Assembly (NCBI GenBank): GCA_043819795.1 | Contig: JBDREN010000049.1 | Span: forward strand, 2,379-66,378 | Length of the DNA stretch: 64,000 nt | From: Elusimicrobiota bacterium | GTDB lineage: Bacteria > Elusimicrobiota > Elusimicrobia > UBA1565 | Direction of reading: 5' to 3' | Shown: one piece after another, positions 27,509-35,493 of the stretch | How the letters are laid out: each line of letters starts with the position of its first letter | Numbering within the stretch: the stretch's first letter is position 1 | The notes under the pieces: model-generated | What the model saw: only the letters and a program-made list of their open reading frames with translations | The model's database searches: none | Told to the model about the DNA's origin: nothing | Made by a program: the position numbers and the translations under genes

Positions 27509-28579
27509 ATGAGGATCGCCCGCTGCGAGGCCTGGCTCGTGGAGATGCCCCTGTCCGAGCCCTACGAGATCGCCTATGAGAAGGTCGACAAGGCTCGAAA
27601 CGTGTTCCTGCGCGTCGAGACCACCCGGGGGACCTCGGGCTTCGGCTGCGCGGCGCCGGACCCGAACATCACCGGCGAGACCGTCGAGCAGGCGCTGGCC
27701 GCTCTGCGGGACGCGGCCCCGCCCGTCCTGAAAGGGCTCGATCCCCTGCGCCCGGTCATGGTCATGGAGCGGTTCAAGGTGTCTCTTCAGGCCTTCCCCT
27801 CCGCTCGCGCTGCGATCGACATGGCGCTCCACGACATCTTGGGAAAGGAAGCGGGGCTCCCCCTGTGGAAGCTCCTGGGCGGGTTCCGTTCATCCTTCCG
27901 GACCACCGTCACGCTGGGGATCATGGGCGTCCGCGAGTCCGTCGATAGGTCCCTGGAGATGGCGGCCCGCGGCTTCAAGGCGCTGAAGATCAAGGGGGGG
28001 CTGGACGCGGAGCAGGACGTCGAGCGGCTGGTCCGTATCCGGGAAGCGGTGGGGCCCAGGATCGAGCTGCGATTCGACGCCAACCAGGGCTATACGGCCG
28101 AGCAGACGGCGCGGTTCCTCCGCCGGACGCGCCCGGTCAAGCTGGAGCTCATCGAGCAGCCCACGCCGAGCAAGGACCTCGACCAGCTGGAGCGCGCGAC
28201 CCGGATGGCCTCGATCCCCGTGATGGCCGACGAGAGCCTCATCAACCTCCGGGACGCCTTCCGCCTCGTCCGCAGGGGCATCGCGGACATGGTGAACATC
28301 AAGCTGATGAAGTGCGGCGGCATCACGGAGGCTCTCAACATCAACTCGGTGGCCAAGGCCGGGGGCTACGAGGCGATGGTCGGCTGCATGGACGAGTCGG
28401 CCCTTGCGATCGCGGCCGGCCTGGCTTTCGCCCTGTGCCGGCCGAACGTCGCCTATGCGGACCTGGACGGACACCTGGGCCTGGCGGGCGATCCGTTCGA
28501 GGGGTCGGTCGTGCTGAAGGAAGGAGTGCTCTATCCCACCGGGGCTCCGGGCCTGGGCTGCAAGGCGCCGCGGTCATGA
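27509..28579 (+). CDS. Enolase-superfamily dipeptide epimerase / N-acyl-amino-acid racemase-like enzyme
   Basis: MR/MLE-type pattern: ALKIKGG, RFDANQGYT, ELIEQP, MADESL, NIKLMKCGGI, GCMDES (catalytic Lys pair and Asp/Glu/Asp metal ligands). Confidence 0.85.
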   Translation: MRIARCEAWLVEMPLSEPYEIAYEKVDKARNVFLRVETTRGTSGFGCAAPDPNITGETVEQALAALRDAAPPVLKGLDPLRPVMVMERFKVSLQAFPSARAAIDMALHDILGKEAGLPLWKLLGGFRSSFRTTVTLGIMGVRESVDRSLEMAARGFKALKIKGGLDAEQDVERLVRIREAVGPRIELRFDANQGYTAEQTARFLRRTRPVKLELIEQPTPSKDLDQLERATRMASIPVMADESLINLRDAFRLVRRGIADMVNIKLMKCGGITEALNINSVAKAGGYEAMVGCMDESALAIAAGLAFALCRPNVAYADLDGHLGLAGDPFEGSVVLKEGVLYPTGAPGLGCKAPRS

Positions 28580-28616
28580 AGAAACACGACACCTCCTCCT
28601 GCCCGCGCCGCGCGGC

Positions 28617-28814
28617 CTAATCCTTTCGATCCAGATCCTCTTCGGCCACGTCCTTCTCCTGCGCCCCCTCGTCCTCCTCGGCGGCATATTCGTCCGCCGT
28701 CTGCTCCTCCTCCTGCGGCGTGTCGTCGTACGCTTCCTCCGCCGGGCCGCGCGCGCAGCCCCAGGAGGCGGACATCAAGACCCACATCGCGAACAACACT
28801 CCAAGCTTCCTCAT
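28617..28814 (-). CDS. Small exported protein / possible lipoprotein with highly acidic C-terminal tail
   Basis: ATG 28814 preceded by GGAGGAGGAG. MRKLGVLFAMWVLMSASWGC then a Glu/Asp-rich tail (EEAYDDTPQEEEQTADEYAAEEDEGAQEKDVAEEDLD). Confidence 0.5.
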   Translation of the reverse strand: MRKLGVLFAMWVLMSASWGCARGPAEEAYDDTPQEEEQTADEYAAEEDEGAQEKDVAEEDLDRKD

Positions 28815-28833
28815 CCTCGATTCTCCTCCTCCT

Positions 28834-29202
28834 TCAGAGGGGGGCTCTGGCGCCGTGCTTGCGGCGCGGCGCGGGCCGGCCGCCCTTCTTGTTTCTCGCC
28901 GGCCCGGCATCCGAGACGGTCCCGACGCGGAAATACCTCGACTTAGTCCTGCATGATCGGCCGTCTCCGCCTCCGGCCATCCGGGCCGCCAGCTTGTGCC
29001 TTCCGGGCCGCCCCGCCATCCAGTCGAACCACCAGTAGCCCACGGAAGGCCGGCAGTCCTGCCACGGCCCGTCATCGATAGATACCTCCACCGGCTTCCC
29101 GCCGGGGGAGTCGATGCGGACGGTGTAGTCGCCCGGGGCCACCATCTCGTTGAACCTCGGATAATCCACGCGGATCGTCCCGCGCGCCGCTACCTCTTCC
29201 AT
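28834..29202 (-). CDS. Hypothetical protein, beta-sandwich-like core with basic C-terminal tail
   Basis: ATG 29202 sits 6 nt after GAGGAGG. Non-GC-artefact composition (GDYTVRIDSPGGKPVEVSIDDGPWQDCRPSVGYWWFDW). Lys/Arg-rich tail NKKGGRPAPRRKHGARAPL. Confidence 0.5.
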   Translation of the reverse strand: MEEVAARGTIRVDYPRFNEMVAPGDYTVRIDSPGGKPVEVSIDDGPWQDCRPSVGYWWFDWMAGRPGRHKLAARMAGGGDGRSCRTKSRYFRVGTVSDAGPARNKKGGRPAPRRKHGARAPL

Positions 29203-29286
29203 CGGCATCCTCCTCGCCTCCTTATGCGGCCTTGCGCGACGGCTTCCGCCGTCCCTGAAATCACGTCGCGGTCCGGCTCCCCTGAT

Positions 29287-29979
29287 TCACAGCGTCCTCT
29301 CCGGAGGTCCCTCTTTGCCCTCCTCTTGGGGCGGAGGCTCTCGGTCCTGGCCGCCGCGCGGCTGGCGTTTCTTGACGGGGACGGGCGGACGGTCCCGCGG
29401 GCGGTCATCGGGAGCCGGTTGCGCGGAAGACGGCGCCGCGGGCTTTAAGGGGATCCTTTGGTGGTCCGCCCCGTAGCCGAATCGTTCCTCGCCGTCCACG
29501 CTGAAGAGCGCCTTGTCGGCCACGCGCCATGCCCCGTCCGTCCGGGCCAACGTGAAGTCCACCACCGCGCGGACGGGACGGTCGTCCAGCTCCAGGTCGC
29601 TGGGCTCCATGAACTCCGCGCGGAGGATGTACTTGTCCGCGCTTACCCGGCGCATCCCCGCGGGATCGATCCTCTTGAACTCCAGGAAGTACGTCTGATC
29701 GAAGGCGCCATCGTCGACGGGGAATAGTCCGCTGCCCTCGTCGACGGCATTCCGGATATGGGCGAGAAGTTCTTTGCGCAGGCTTCGCCGCAATTCCGAG
29801 TCCTCCGCGTTCGGCATCGGCGCGGGCTCTTTGACCGGGCTCCGTCCGGCGCCGCCGTCCGGCGCGGGCGCCGGACTCCGGGCGTCACCGTCGCGGGCTC
29901 GGGCATCGCCGCCGGGGAGCGCCTGCTGCCCCGCCACGGCGGCCGCGAGCACGGCGATCACGACGAGGCGATTCTTCAT
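29287..29979 (-). CDS. Secreted hypothetical protein
   Basis: MKNRLVVIAVLAAAVAG signal peptide (ATG 29979), a central globular region (FLEFKRIDPAGMRRVSADKYILRAEF..VVDFTLARTDGAWRV) and Pro-rich termini. Confidence 0.5.
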   Translation of the reverse strand: MKNRLVVIAVLAAAVAGQQALPGGDARARDGDARSPAPAPDGGAGRSPVKEPAPMPNAEDSELRRSLRKELLAHIRNAVDEGSGLFPVDDGAFDQTYFLEFKRIDPAGMRRVSADKYILRAEFMEPSDLELDDRPVRAVVDFTLARTDGAWRVADKALFSVDGEERFGYGADHQRIPLKPAAPSSAQPAPDDRPRDRPPVPVKKRQPRGGQDREPPPQEEGKEGPPERTL

Positions 29980-30046
29980 TGCGCGCCGCTGTTTCCCGAT
30001 GTGCATATTTACACTACGCGGTTGACGGCGGGAAGTTCCGGAGCGG

Positions 30047-30083
30047 CCTGCCGGTCAGCCTGCCGGTCAGGCCTGCCGGTCAG
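30047..30083. repeat. Three tandem copies of the 12-mer CCTGCCGGTCAG
   Basis: Copies at 30047-30058, 30059-30070 and 30072-30083 (one extra G at 30071), read directly. Intergenic, just upstream of a sigma-70-like promoter. Confidence 0.8.
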
Positions 30084-30099
30084 GGCGCAGGGCACAGGG

Positions 30100-30128
30100 T
30101 TGCCAAGCCGCTCCCGCAAGGTTAGAAT
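30100..30128 (+). promoter_or_regulatory. Putative sigma-70 promoter for the DUF502 gene
   Basis: TTGCCA (30100-30105), 17-nt spacer, TAGAAT (30123-30128), 68 nt upstream of ATG 30196. Confidence 0.45.
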
Positions 30129-30195
30129 CCGGGGGACGGCGAACGGGGTCTATGGCGAGCCCTGAGCCCGCGCCTTCCGGCGCAGGAGGAATACG

Positions 30196-30825
30196 ATGTT
30201 CATGAAGTTCAAGAAAGCCCTCTATAAAAATTTCATGGCCGGACTGCTGGTGGTCGTGCCGATCGGCGCGACCTGGATGATCCTGCGGTTCGTGGCGCGC
30301 AGGCTGGACGCCGTGCTGCCCCTGCCCGTCCCGGGCCTGGGCGTGGTGGTCGTCCTGGTCGTGATCGTGCTCGTCGGCGCGCTCGGCAGGCTGTTCGCCG
30401 TGCGCAGGGCGATCGACCTTGGCAACCGCTTCCTGGCCAGCGTGCCGCTGGTCAATAAGATATACGAGCCCTTGCGGCAGATCCTGCACTTTCTGCTGGC
30501 CAAGAAGCCCCATGCCTTCGGGCAGCCGGCCCTCATCGAGTTCCCGCGCAGGGGCATGCGCAGCCTGTGCTTCGTGACCGGGGCCGCTTCCGGGTCCGTC
30601 CGGGAAGCCATGGGCGAGGACTCCGTGCACGTGTTCTGTCCGACCTCGCCCAATCCCACCTCGGGCTTTCTCCTCGTCGTCCCCCGTAGGGACGTGGTCC
30701 TTCTGAGGATGGGCGTGGAGGAGGCGCTGCGCCTGATCCTCTCCGGGGGCATGGTCGGCGCCCAAGCCGCGCAGCCCAGGGCTCAAGCCGCAGGCGAGGA
30801 GCGCTCGCACGAGAAGCCCGATTGA
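30196..30825 (+). CDS. DUF502 domain membrane protein
   Basis: Two N-terminal TM helices (GLLVVVPIGATWMILRFV..) and the conserved C-terminal block TSPNPTSGFLLVVPR. Confidence 0.75.
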   Translation: MFMKFKKALYKNFMAGLLVVVPIGATWMILRFVARRLDAVLPLPVPGLGVVVVLVVIVLVGALGRLFAVRRAIDLGNRFLASVPLVNKIYEPLRQILHFLLAKKPHAFGQPALIEFPRRGMRSLCFVTGAASGSVREAMGEDSVHVFCPTSPNPTSGFLLVVPRRDVVLLRMGVEEALRLILSGGMVGAQAAQPRAQAAGEERSHEKPD

Positions 30826-30941
30826 CGGGCCCGTGGTTGGGCCGGCTCGTCCGTTGTCCGCCCGTCGGGAACTTCTTCACCGAGGCTCCGTAGTGCAGGC
30901 AGGACGCCTTCGGAGCGGGATGATTATCAGGGAGGATCCAT

Positions 30942-32255
30942 ATGCCCACGCGCACGTTGGCCGTTGCCGCCGTCCGGCAGCTGATCGAAGCCGATCCTAG
31001 ACGGGCCGCGTTCTTCCTAGAGGGCCTCGACATCAATGATGCGGGAGCCATGCTGGCCGCCTTGCCGCCGTCCTCCGCGCGCCGCCTCTTCAAGCACCTC
31101 CAGCCCGCCTTCGCGGGCAGGATGCTGAGCGCCTTGCGGCCGGACAGTGTCGCCGCGGTCCTGGAGAGTGTCGAGCCCGAAGCCGCGGTCGATGCCTTCC
31201 GCTCCATGGAGAACGGGGTCCGTCAGACGGTGCTGGGCGCTCTTTCCGAGCAGAGGAAGATCGCGCTTCAGGAGCTGTTGGCCTATCCGGAAGGGAGCGC
31301 GGGCAGGCTCATGAGCACCGACGTCGTGTCCTTCATCCAGGGGACCAAGGTGCGCGAAGTCATCCAGAGGCTGCGCGCGGCCGTCAGGAAGGGCTCGTCG
31401 CCGACGTACGCCTACGTCGTCGATGAGGACCGGAAGCTCAAGGGGGTCCTGGTGATGCGGGACCTGCTCTTCGCGGATTCGGGCGCGCCGATCGAGAGCG
31501 TGATGAGCCCGGGGGTCAAGGCCGTATCCGGCTTCACGGACCGCGAGGATTTGGTCCAGCTGGCCAAGGAGAGACGCTACCTCTCGGTGCCGGTGGTGGA
31601 CGCGGACGGACGGATCCTCGGCTCGGTGCGCATGGCCGAGCTCCTGGAGTCCAGCCAGGAGGAGGCCGGCGAGGACATCCAGCTCATGTTCGGCGGGAGC
31701 GCGGACGAGAGGCCGTTCTCTCCGGTCTCGTTCAAGCTGGCGCGAAGGCTGCCGTGGCTCCATGTGAACCTCGTTACGGCCTTCATGGCCGGGGCGGTGG
31801 TGGCCCTCTTCGAGGGACTGATCAGCCAGCTGGCCGTGCTCGCGGTGTTCCTGCCGATCATCGCGGGGCAGGGGGGCAACGCCGGGACCCAGACGCTGTC
31901 CGTGGTCCTGCGCGGCCTCATCATGCGGGAGATCCGGCCCCGGGACGCTTGGCGCGCGATCGTCAGGGAGTCGGGGGTGGGCGCGATCACCGGCCTGGTC
32001 ACGGGCGTGGTGACCGCAGGCGTGGCGTGGCTGTGGAAGGGGAACCTGTTTCTGGGGCTCGTCGTGGGGCTCGCCATGATCGTGAACCTGGTCGCGGCGG
32101 GGGCCGCGGGCGCGGTCATACCGCTGGCCATGAAGAGGCTCGGCTTCGACCCGGCCCAATCCTCGGGCATCATCCTTACCACGGTGACGGACGTCGTCGG
32201 TTTCTTCGCCTTCCTGGGCTTCGCGTTCCTGTTCCGGAGCCGGCTCATCGGATGA
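30942..32255 (+). CDS. mgtE: Magnesium transporter MgtE
   Basis: N-domain, tandem CBS region (PVVDADGRILGSVRMAELL) and TM domain with IAGQGGNAGTQTLSVVLRGL. Confidence 0.9.
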   Translation: MPTRTLAVAAVRQLIEADPRRAAFFLEGLDINDAGAMLAALPPSSARRLFKHLQPAFAGRMLSALRPDSVAAVLESVEPEAAVDAFRSMENGVRQTVLGALSEQRKIALQELLAYPEGSAGRLMSTDVVSFIQGTKVREVIQRLRAAVRKGSSPTYAYVVDEDRKLKGVLVMRDLLFADSGAPIESVMSPGVKAVSGFTDREDLVQLAKERRYLSVPVVDADGRILGSVRMAELLESSQEEAGEDIQLMFGGSADERPFSPVSFKLARRLPWLHVNLVTAFMAGAVVALFEGLISQLAVLAVFLPIIAGQGGNAGTQTLSVVLRGLIMREIRPRDAWRAIVRESGVGAITGLVTGVVTAGVAWLWKGNLFLGLVVGLAMIVNLVAAGAAGAVIPLAMKRLGFDPAQSSGIILTTVTDVVGFFAFLGFAFLFRSRLIG

Positions 32256-32268
32256 GCGCGCGCCGCGA

Positions 32269-35200
32269 TCACCGGAAGGCGAAGTTGAGCAGGATGTCGA
32301 TGACGTACGTGCCGTCGCTCGAGTCGCGGCCCTCCAGGCTCCAGCGGGGCGAGAGCGTGTAACGCGCCTCGACGCGCCTCTGCCCCGCGGGTCCCAGCGT
32401 CTGGCCGTAGGTCACGAAGAGCCGCTTCGTGAGATACTTCCCGGCGGTCACGTCCGCTTCCCGCGCCCCCCTGGCACGCACCTGGAAGGTGTCGATCTTG
32501 GCCTTGCGGATGACGTGCCGATGGAGGCTCCGGGAGACGTACTCGGTGAACAGCCGGGCCGCTTCCTCCCGCTTCTTCTTGGAGTCGCTCTCCGATCCCA
32601 GATCGTAGACGGGCTTTCCCAGGGTGAGCATGGAGATGATGTCGCGCTGCTCCATGGGGGGCTCCGAGCTCAGAGACACGACGGGCCGGCTGGCCGTGCC
32701 GCTCAGGTCAAGGAAGACCTTGGCCCGCGTGCCCTGGTCCACGTAGACGGCTCGGACGTCGATGGTGGGATCCGGGGGAGCCGCGCCCGAGAACTCGGCG
32801 CGCCCTTCCCGGATATCGAACGGCCGGCCGTAGATGACGTAGCGGCCCTGCAGGGTCCGCACCGCGCCCAGGATCCGGGCGGGCTCGCTTTGCTCTTTCT
32901 TCACGAGGAGCTCGCCTTTGGTCTCTATGTCGCTCGCGCCCTGCCGGAACCAGGCGTTCCTGTCGAAGCGCACGCGCAGGTCGAGCTGCAGCGGGGACAT
33001 CTCCGCCCGCGCGGAAGCCTTCAACTCCCGGGCCCCGCGCGCGGGGGCGCGCGGGGAGGCCGGAGCCTCGGGCTTCTTGGGGGGCGGCATGAATTCGGCC
33101 TCGGAGAGCGCGATCGTCCCTCCCACCCGGAGGGCTTTCCAGGCTCCTTTCAGGCCGACGTCGAGGTCCGCCTCTCCCGAGAGGCCGGCCTCGGAGCGGA
33201 AAGGAAGGTTCCGCGCCGAGACGAGTAGATCAGGCCCGTCCAGCCCGGCCTCGCCGGACAGCGTCAGGGTCCCGCGCGGCTCCTCTATCTTCCGTTCGAA
33301 TATCCCGGAGAGCCTTCGGGCGACGCGCCGCAGCAGGCCGGCCAGCGGCGGCTCCTGTCCCAGAGGGACCGCCGATCCCCGCAACGACAGGGCCGGTCGT
33401 CCTTCTCCAACGGCGCTTAGGGTCACGCCGGTCAGCGTTATCCCGGCCGCGGGGATGCGGACGGCTTCCGCGCGCAGAGCCGCCTCGCCGTCGCAGAACG
33501 GCGCGCCGGCGCGCCGGCCGACGCGCATCCGCCCCGAGAGCCGGCTTGACTCCGGAACGATCGCGTCGGACCAAGCGGCCAGGGGAGCGGGATCGAACCC
33601 GTCCGCTTCCAGGTCCACGAGGAAGTCGGGGGTCTCGCCCCCGCCGAAAGCCAGCGGCGCCGTGCCGCGGAGGGTCAGCGTTCCCCCTCCGGATTCCCAG
33701 AGCAGAGTCTCGACGCGCAGGGTCTTCCCGTCGGAGGAGAGCCTGCCAGAAATGTCGCCCAGCGGCCGTCTCCGCCAATGCCCGTCTCGGAGCCGGAAGG
33801 CCGCCTTCCCCGACGGCGCGGACAGCGCGCCTTTCAGCTCGATCGCGGCGTCCACCTCTCCGTCCAATGGGACCGTGCGGACGCCTATGTGCCGCAGAAA
33901 GGCGGGGTCGAAGCCGGACGCGGTCATCCGGAGGCGCTCGAAGATGGTCCCCCTCGCGGCCGCGTCGACCGCGAGCCGCGCCTTCCCATCCGAGACCGCG
34001 AGGCTCGAGACCGACCAGGCGCCGGACCCGATCTCGGTCTTGAACGGCGTCGAGCTGCGGTATACCCGCCCCGCGTATGCTTGAAGCTCTTTCCAACGCA
34101 CGGTCCAGACGCCGCCGGCGAGCGCGCCGCTCCCTCTCGCCGCCAAAGTACCGCCGGAGACCGCCGCCTCCCAATCGGTCGTGTGCGAGGAGGTCGAGCC
34201 TGAGAGGGATACCCGCGCCTCATCCAGGGAGACCGCCCCGGCGCGCAGTCCCGCCGCGACCACCCGCACGTCCATGACGGCCGGCCGCAAGCCGCGGCCC
34301 GCGGCGGTGAATGCCGCGCTGGAGAGGCGGATGGTTTCGTGGTCCAGGCCTTCCATCCGGCCTTCGGCCCGCCATCGCAAGGCCGGCCACGTTCCGGAGA
34401 CCGATCCCGCGGCCCGCATCCCCGCCGCCCAGGTCCCGGCCAGGCGTCGGATCGCGGCCGCGTCCGCCTCCAGCGTCCAGGTCGCCCGAACGACGCCGGA
34501 CTCGAAGGAGCCTAGGGAGGAGGCGGAGGCTCCCGCCGTGGAGAGCTCCACGCGCCAGTCCGTTCTTCCCTCCGCCGTATGTCCCTTCGCCTGGAGGCGG
34601 AGGCCTCCCTCCTCTTGCAGATCGAACAGGCCCGCGGATATTCCTCCCGGACCGGGACCGCCGCCCTTTGCCTGGAGGTCGCCGGAGACGGGCGCGATCC
34701 GGAAAGGCAGGGCGATCATCAAGTCGGCCGGGTCCAGCCGGGCCAGGTTCCCCTGGAAATGCCAGGCGTTCTCCTTGTCCGAGCGGGCGGCGACAGAGAG
34801 CGACGGTTTCCGTCGCTTCTTGATCTCGGCGTTGGCCTTCCAGCCTTCCGCATCGCGGGTCCACCGGAAGGACCCCTCGATGTCGCGGTCCCAGCGCAGG
34901 GTCGTGTTCACGGAGAGAGGGGCAAAACCGACCGTGCCTGTGGCATTCATCTCCCGCCCCGCCATGCGCCACGTGGCTGATTCGAGGTGAACGCGCTCTT
35001 CGTCCACGCGCAGGCGGGCGTCCAGACGTTCGATCCGGCCGGGCAGGATCGCGGAAGGGGGCTCCCATATGATGGCCCCCTCCTGGATGCTGGCTCGGAG
35101 GAGGGATATGATCCAGGCCGGCTTCTTGCGCGCGGAAGAATCCGGCAGGGATGTTTCCCCGGGCGGTTTGAGCCGCAGGGTCGGCCGGGTCAGCGCCAGC

Positions 35201-35493
35201 GATGTCACGATCACGCGCTTGCGCAACAAAGACTTCGCGTCTACCTTCATGGCCAAGCGGGGAACCGCGAGGACGCCTGCGGGCCAGCTCAGCTCGACGT
35301 CGTGGAGCACGAGGCCTTCGGCGGGGCTTCCCGATACGCCGCCGACTTCCACGCGCACGCCCGTCCGGGCCTCGAGCCAGGAGGCCGCTTTTTCGACGAA
35401 CGGTCCCGGAATCCTGAGCGCCGCGGTCGCCGGCCCGGCGACGGCCGCCATCGCCGCCGCGAGGAGCGCAAAGTGAAGGGGCTTGCGGCCCAT
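32269..35493 (-). CDS. tamB: Translocation and assembly module subunit TamB-like (DUF490)
   Basis: ATG 35493 shares its A with the tamA stop (TGATG). Signal-anchor MGRKPLHFALLAAAMAAVAGPATA and C-terminal DUF490-type block LFVTYGQTLGPAGQRRVEARYTLSPRWSLEGRDSSDGTYVIDILLNFAF. The upstream part of the 1314-aa ORF overlaps tamA and is not coding. Confidence 0.8.
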   Translation of the reverse strand: MGRKPLHFALLAAAMAAVAGPATAALRIPGPFVEKAASWLEARTGVRVEVGGVSGSPAEGLVLHDVELSWPAGVLAVPRLAMKVDAKSLLRKRVIVTSLALTRPTLRLKPPGETSLPDSSARKKPAWIISLLRASIQEGAIIWEPPSAILPGRIERLDARLRVDEERVHLESATWRMAGREMNATGTVGFAPLSVNTTLRWDRDIEGSFRWTRDAEGWKANAEIKKRRKPSLSVAARSDKENAWHFQGNLARLDPADLMIALPFRIAPVSGDLQAKGGGPGPGGISAGLFDLQEEGGLRLQAKGHTAEGRTDWRVELSTAGASASSLGSFESGVVRATWTLEADAAAIRRLAGTWAAGMRAAGSVSGTWPALRWRAEGRMEGLDHETIRLSSAAFTAAGRGLRPAVMDVRVVAAGLRAGAVSLDEARVSLSGSTSSHTTDWEAAVSGGTLAARGSGALAGGVWTVRWKELQAYAGRVYRSSTPFKTEIGSGAWSVSSLAVSDGKARLAVDAAARGTIFERLRMTASGFDPAFLRHIGVRTVPLDGEVDAAIELKGALSAPSGKAAFRLRDGHWRRRPLGDISGRLSSDGKTLRVETLLWESGGGTLTLRGTAPLAFGGGETPDFLVDLEADGFDPAPLAAWSDAIVPESSRLSGRMRVGRRAGAPFCDGEAALRAEAVRIPAAGITLTGVTLSAVGEGRPALSLRGSAVPLGQEPPLAGLLRRVARRLSGIFERKIEEPRGTLTLSGEAGLDGPDLLVSARNLPFRSEAGLSGEADLDVGLKGAWKALRVGGTIALSEAEFMPPPKKPEAPASPRAPARGARELKASARAEMSPLQLDLRVRFDRNAWFRQGASDIETKGELLVKKEQSEPARILGAVRTLQGRYVIYGRPFDIREGRAEFSGAAPPDPTIDVRAVYVDQGTRAKVFLDLSGTASRPVVSLSSEPPMEQRDIISMLTLGKPVYDLGSESDSKKKREEAARLFTEYVSRSLHRHVIRKAKIDTFQVRARGAREADVTAGKYLTKRLFVTYGQTLGPAGQRRVEARYTLSPRWSLEGRDSSDGTYVIDILLNFAFR

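Noticed and set aside
30047-30083. Possible CRISPR or minisatellite at the tandem 12-mers.
   Set aside because: Only three abutting 12-bp units, with no spacers and no cas genes. It is treated as a regulatory direct repeat instead.
30826-30941. Possible Mg2+ (M-box) riboswitch upstream of mgtE, and a purine riboswitch upstream of the NCS2 permease (38255-38351).
   Set aside because: Both leaders are short (about 115 and 95 nt), and I could not find the conserved M-box or purine-riboswitch core sequences by eye. A cmsearch would be needed for a definitive negative.
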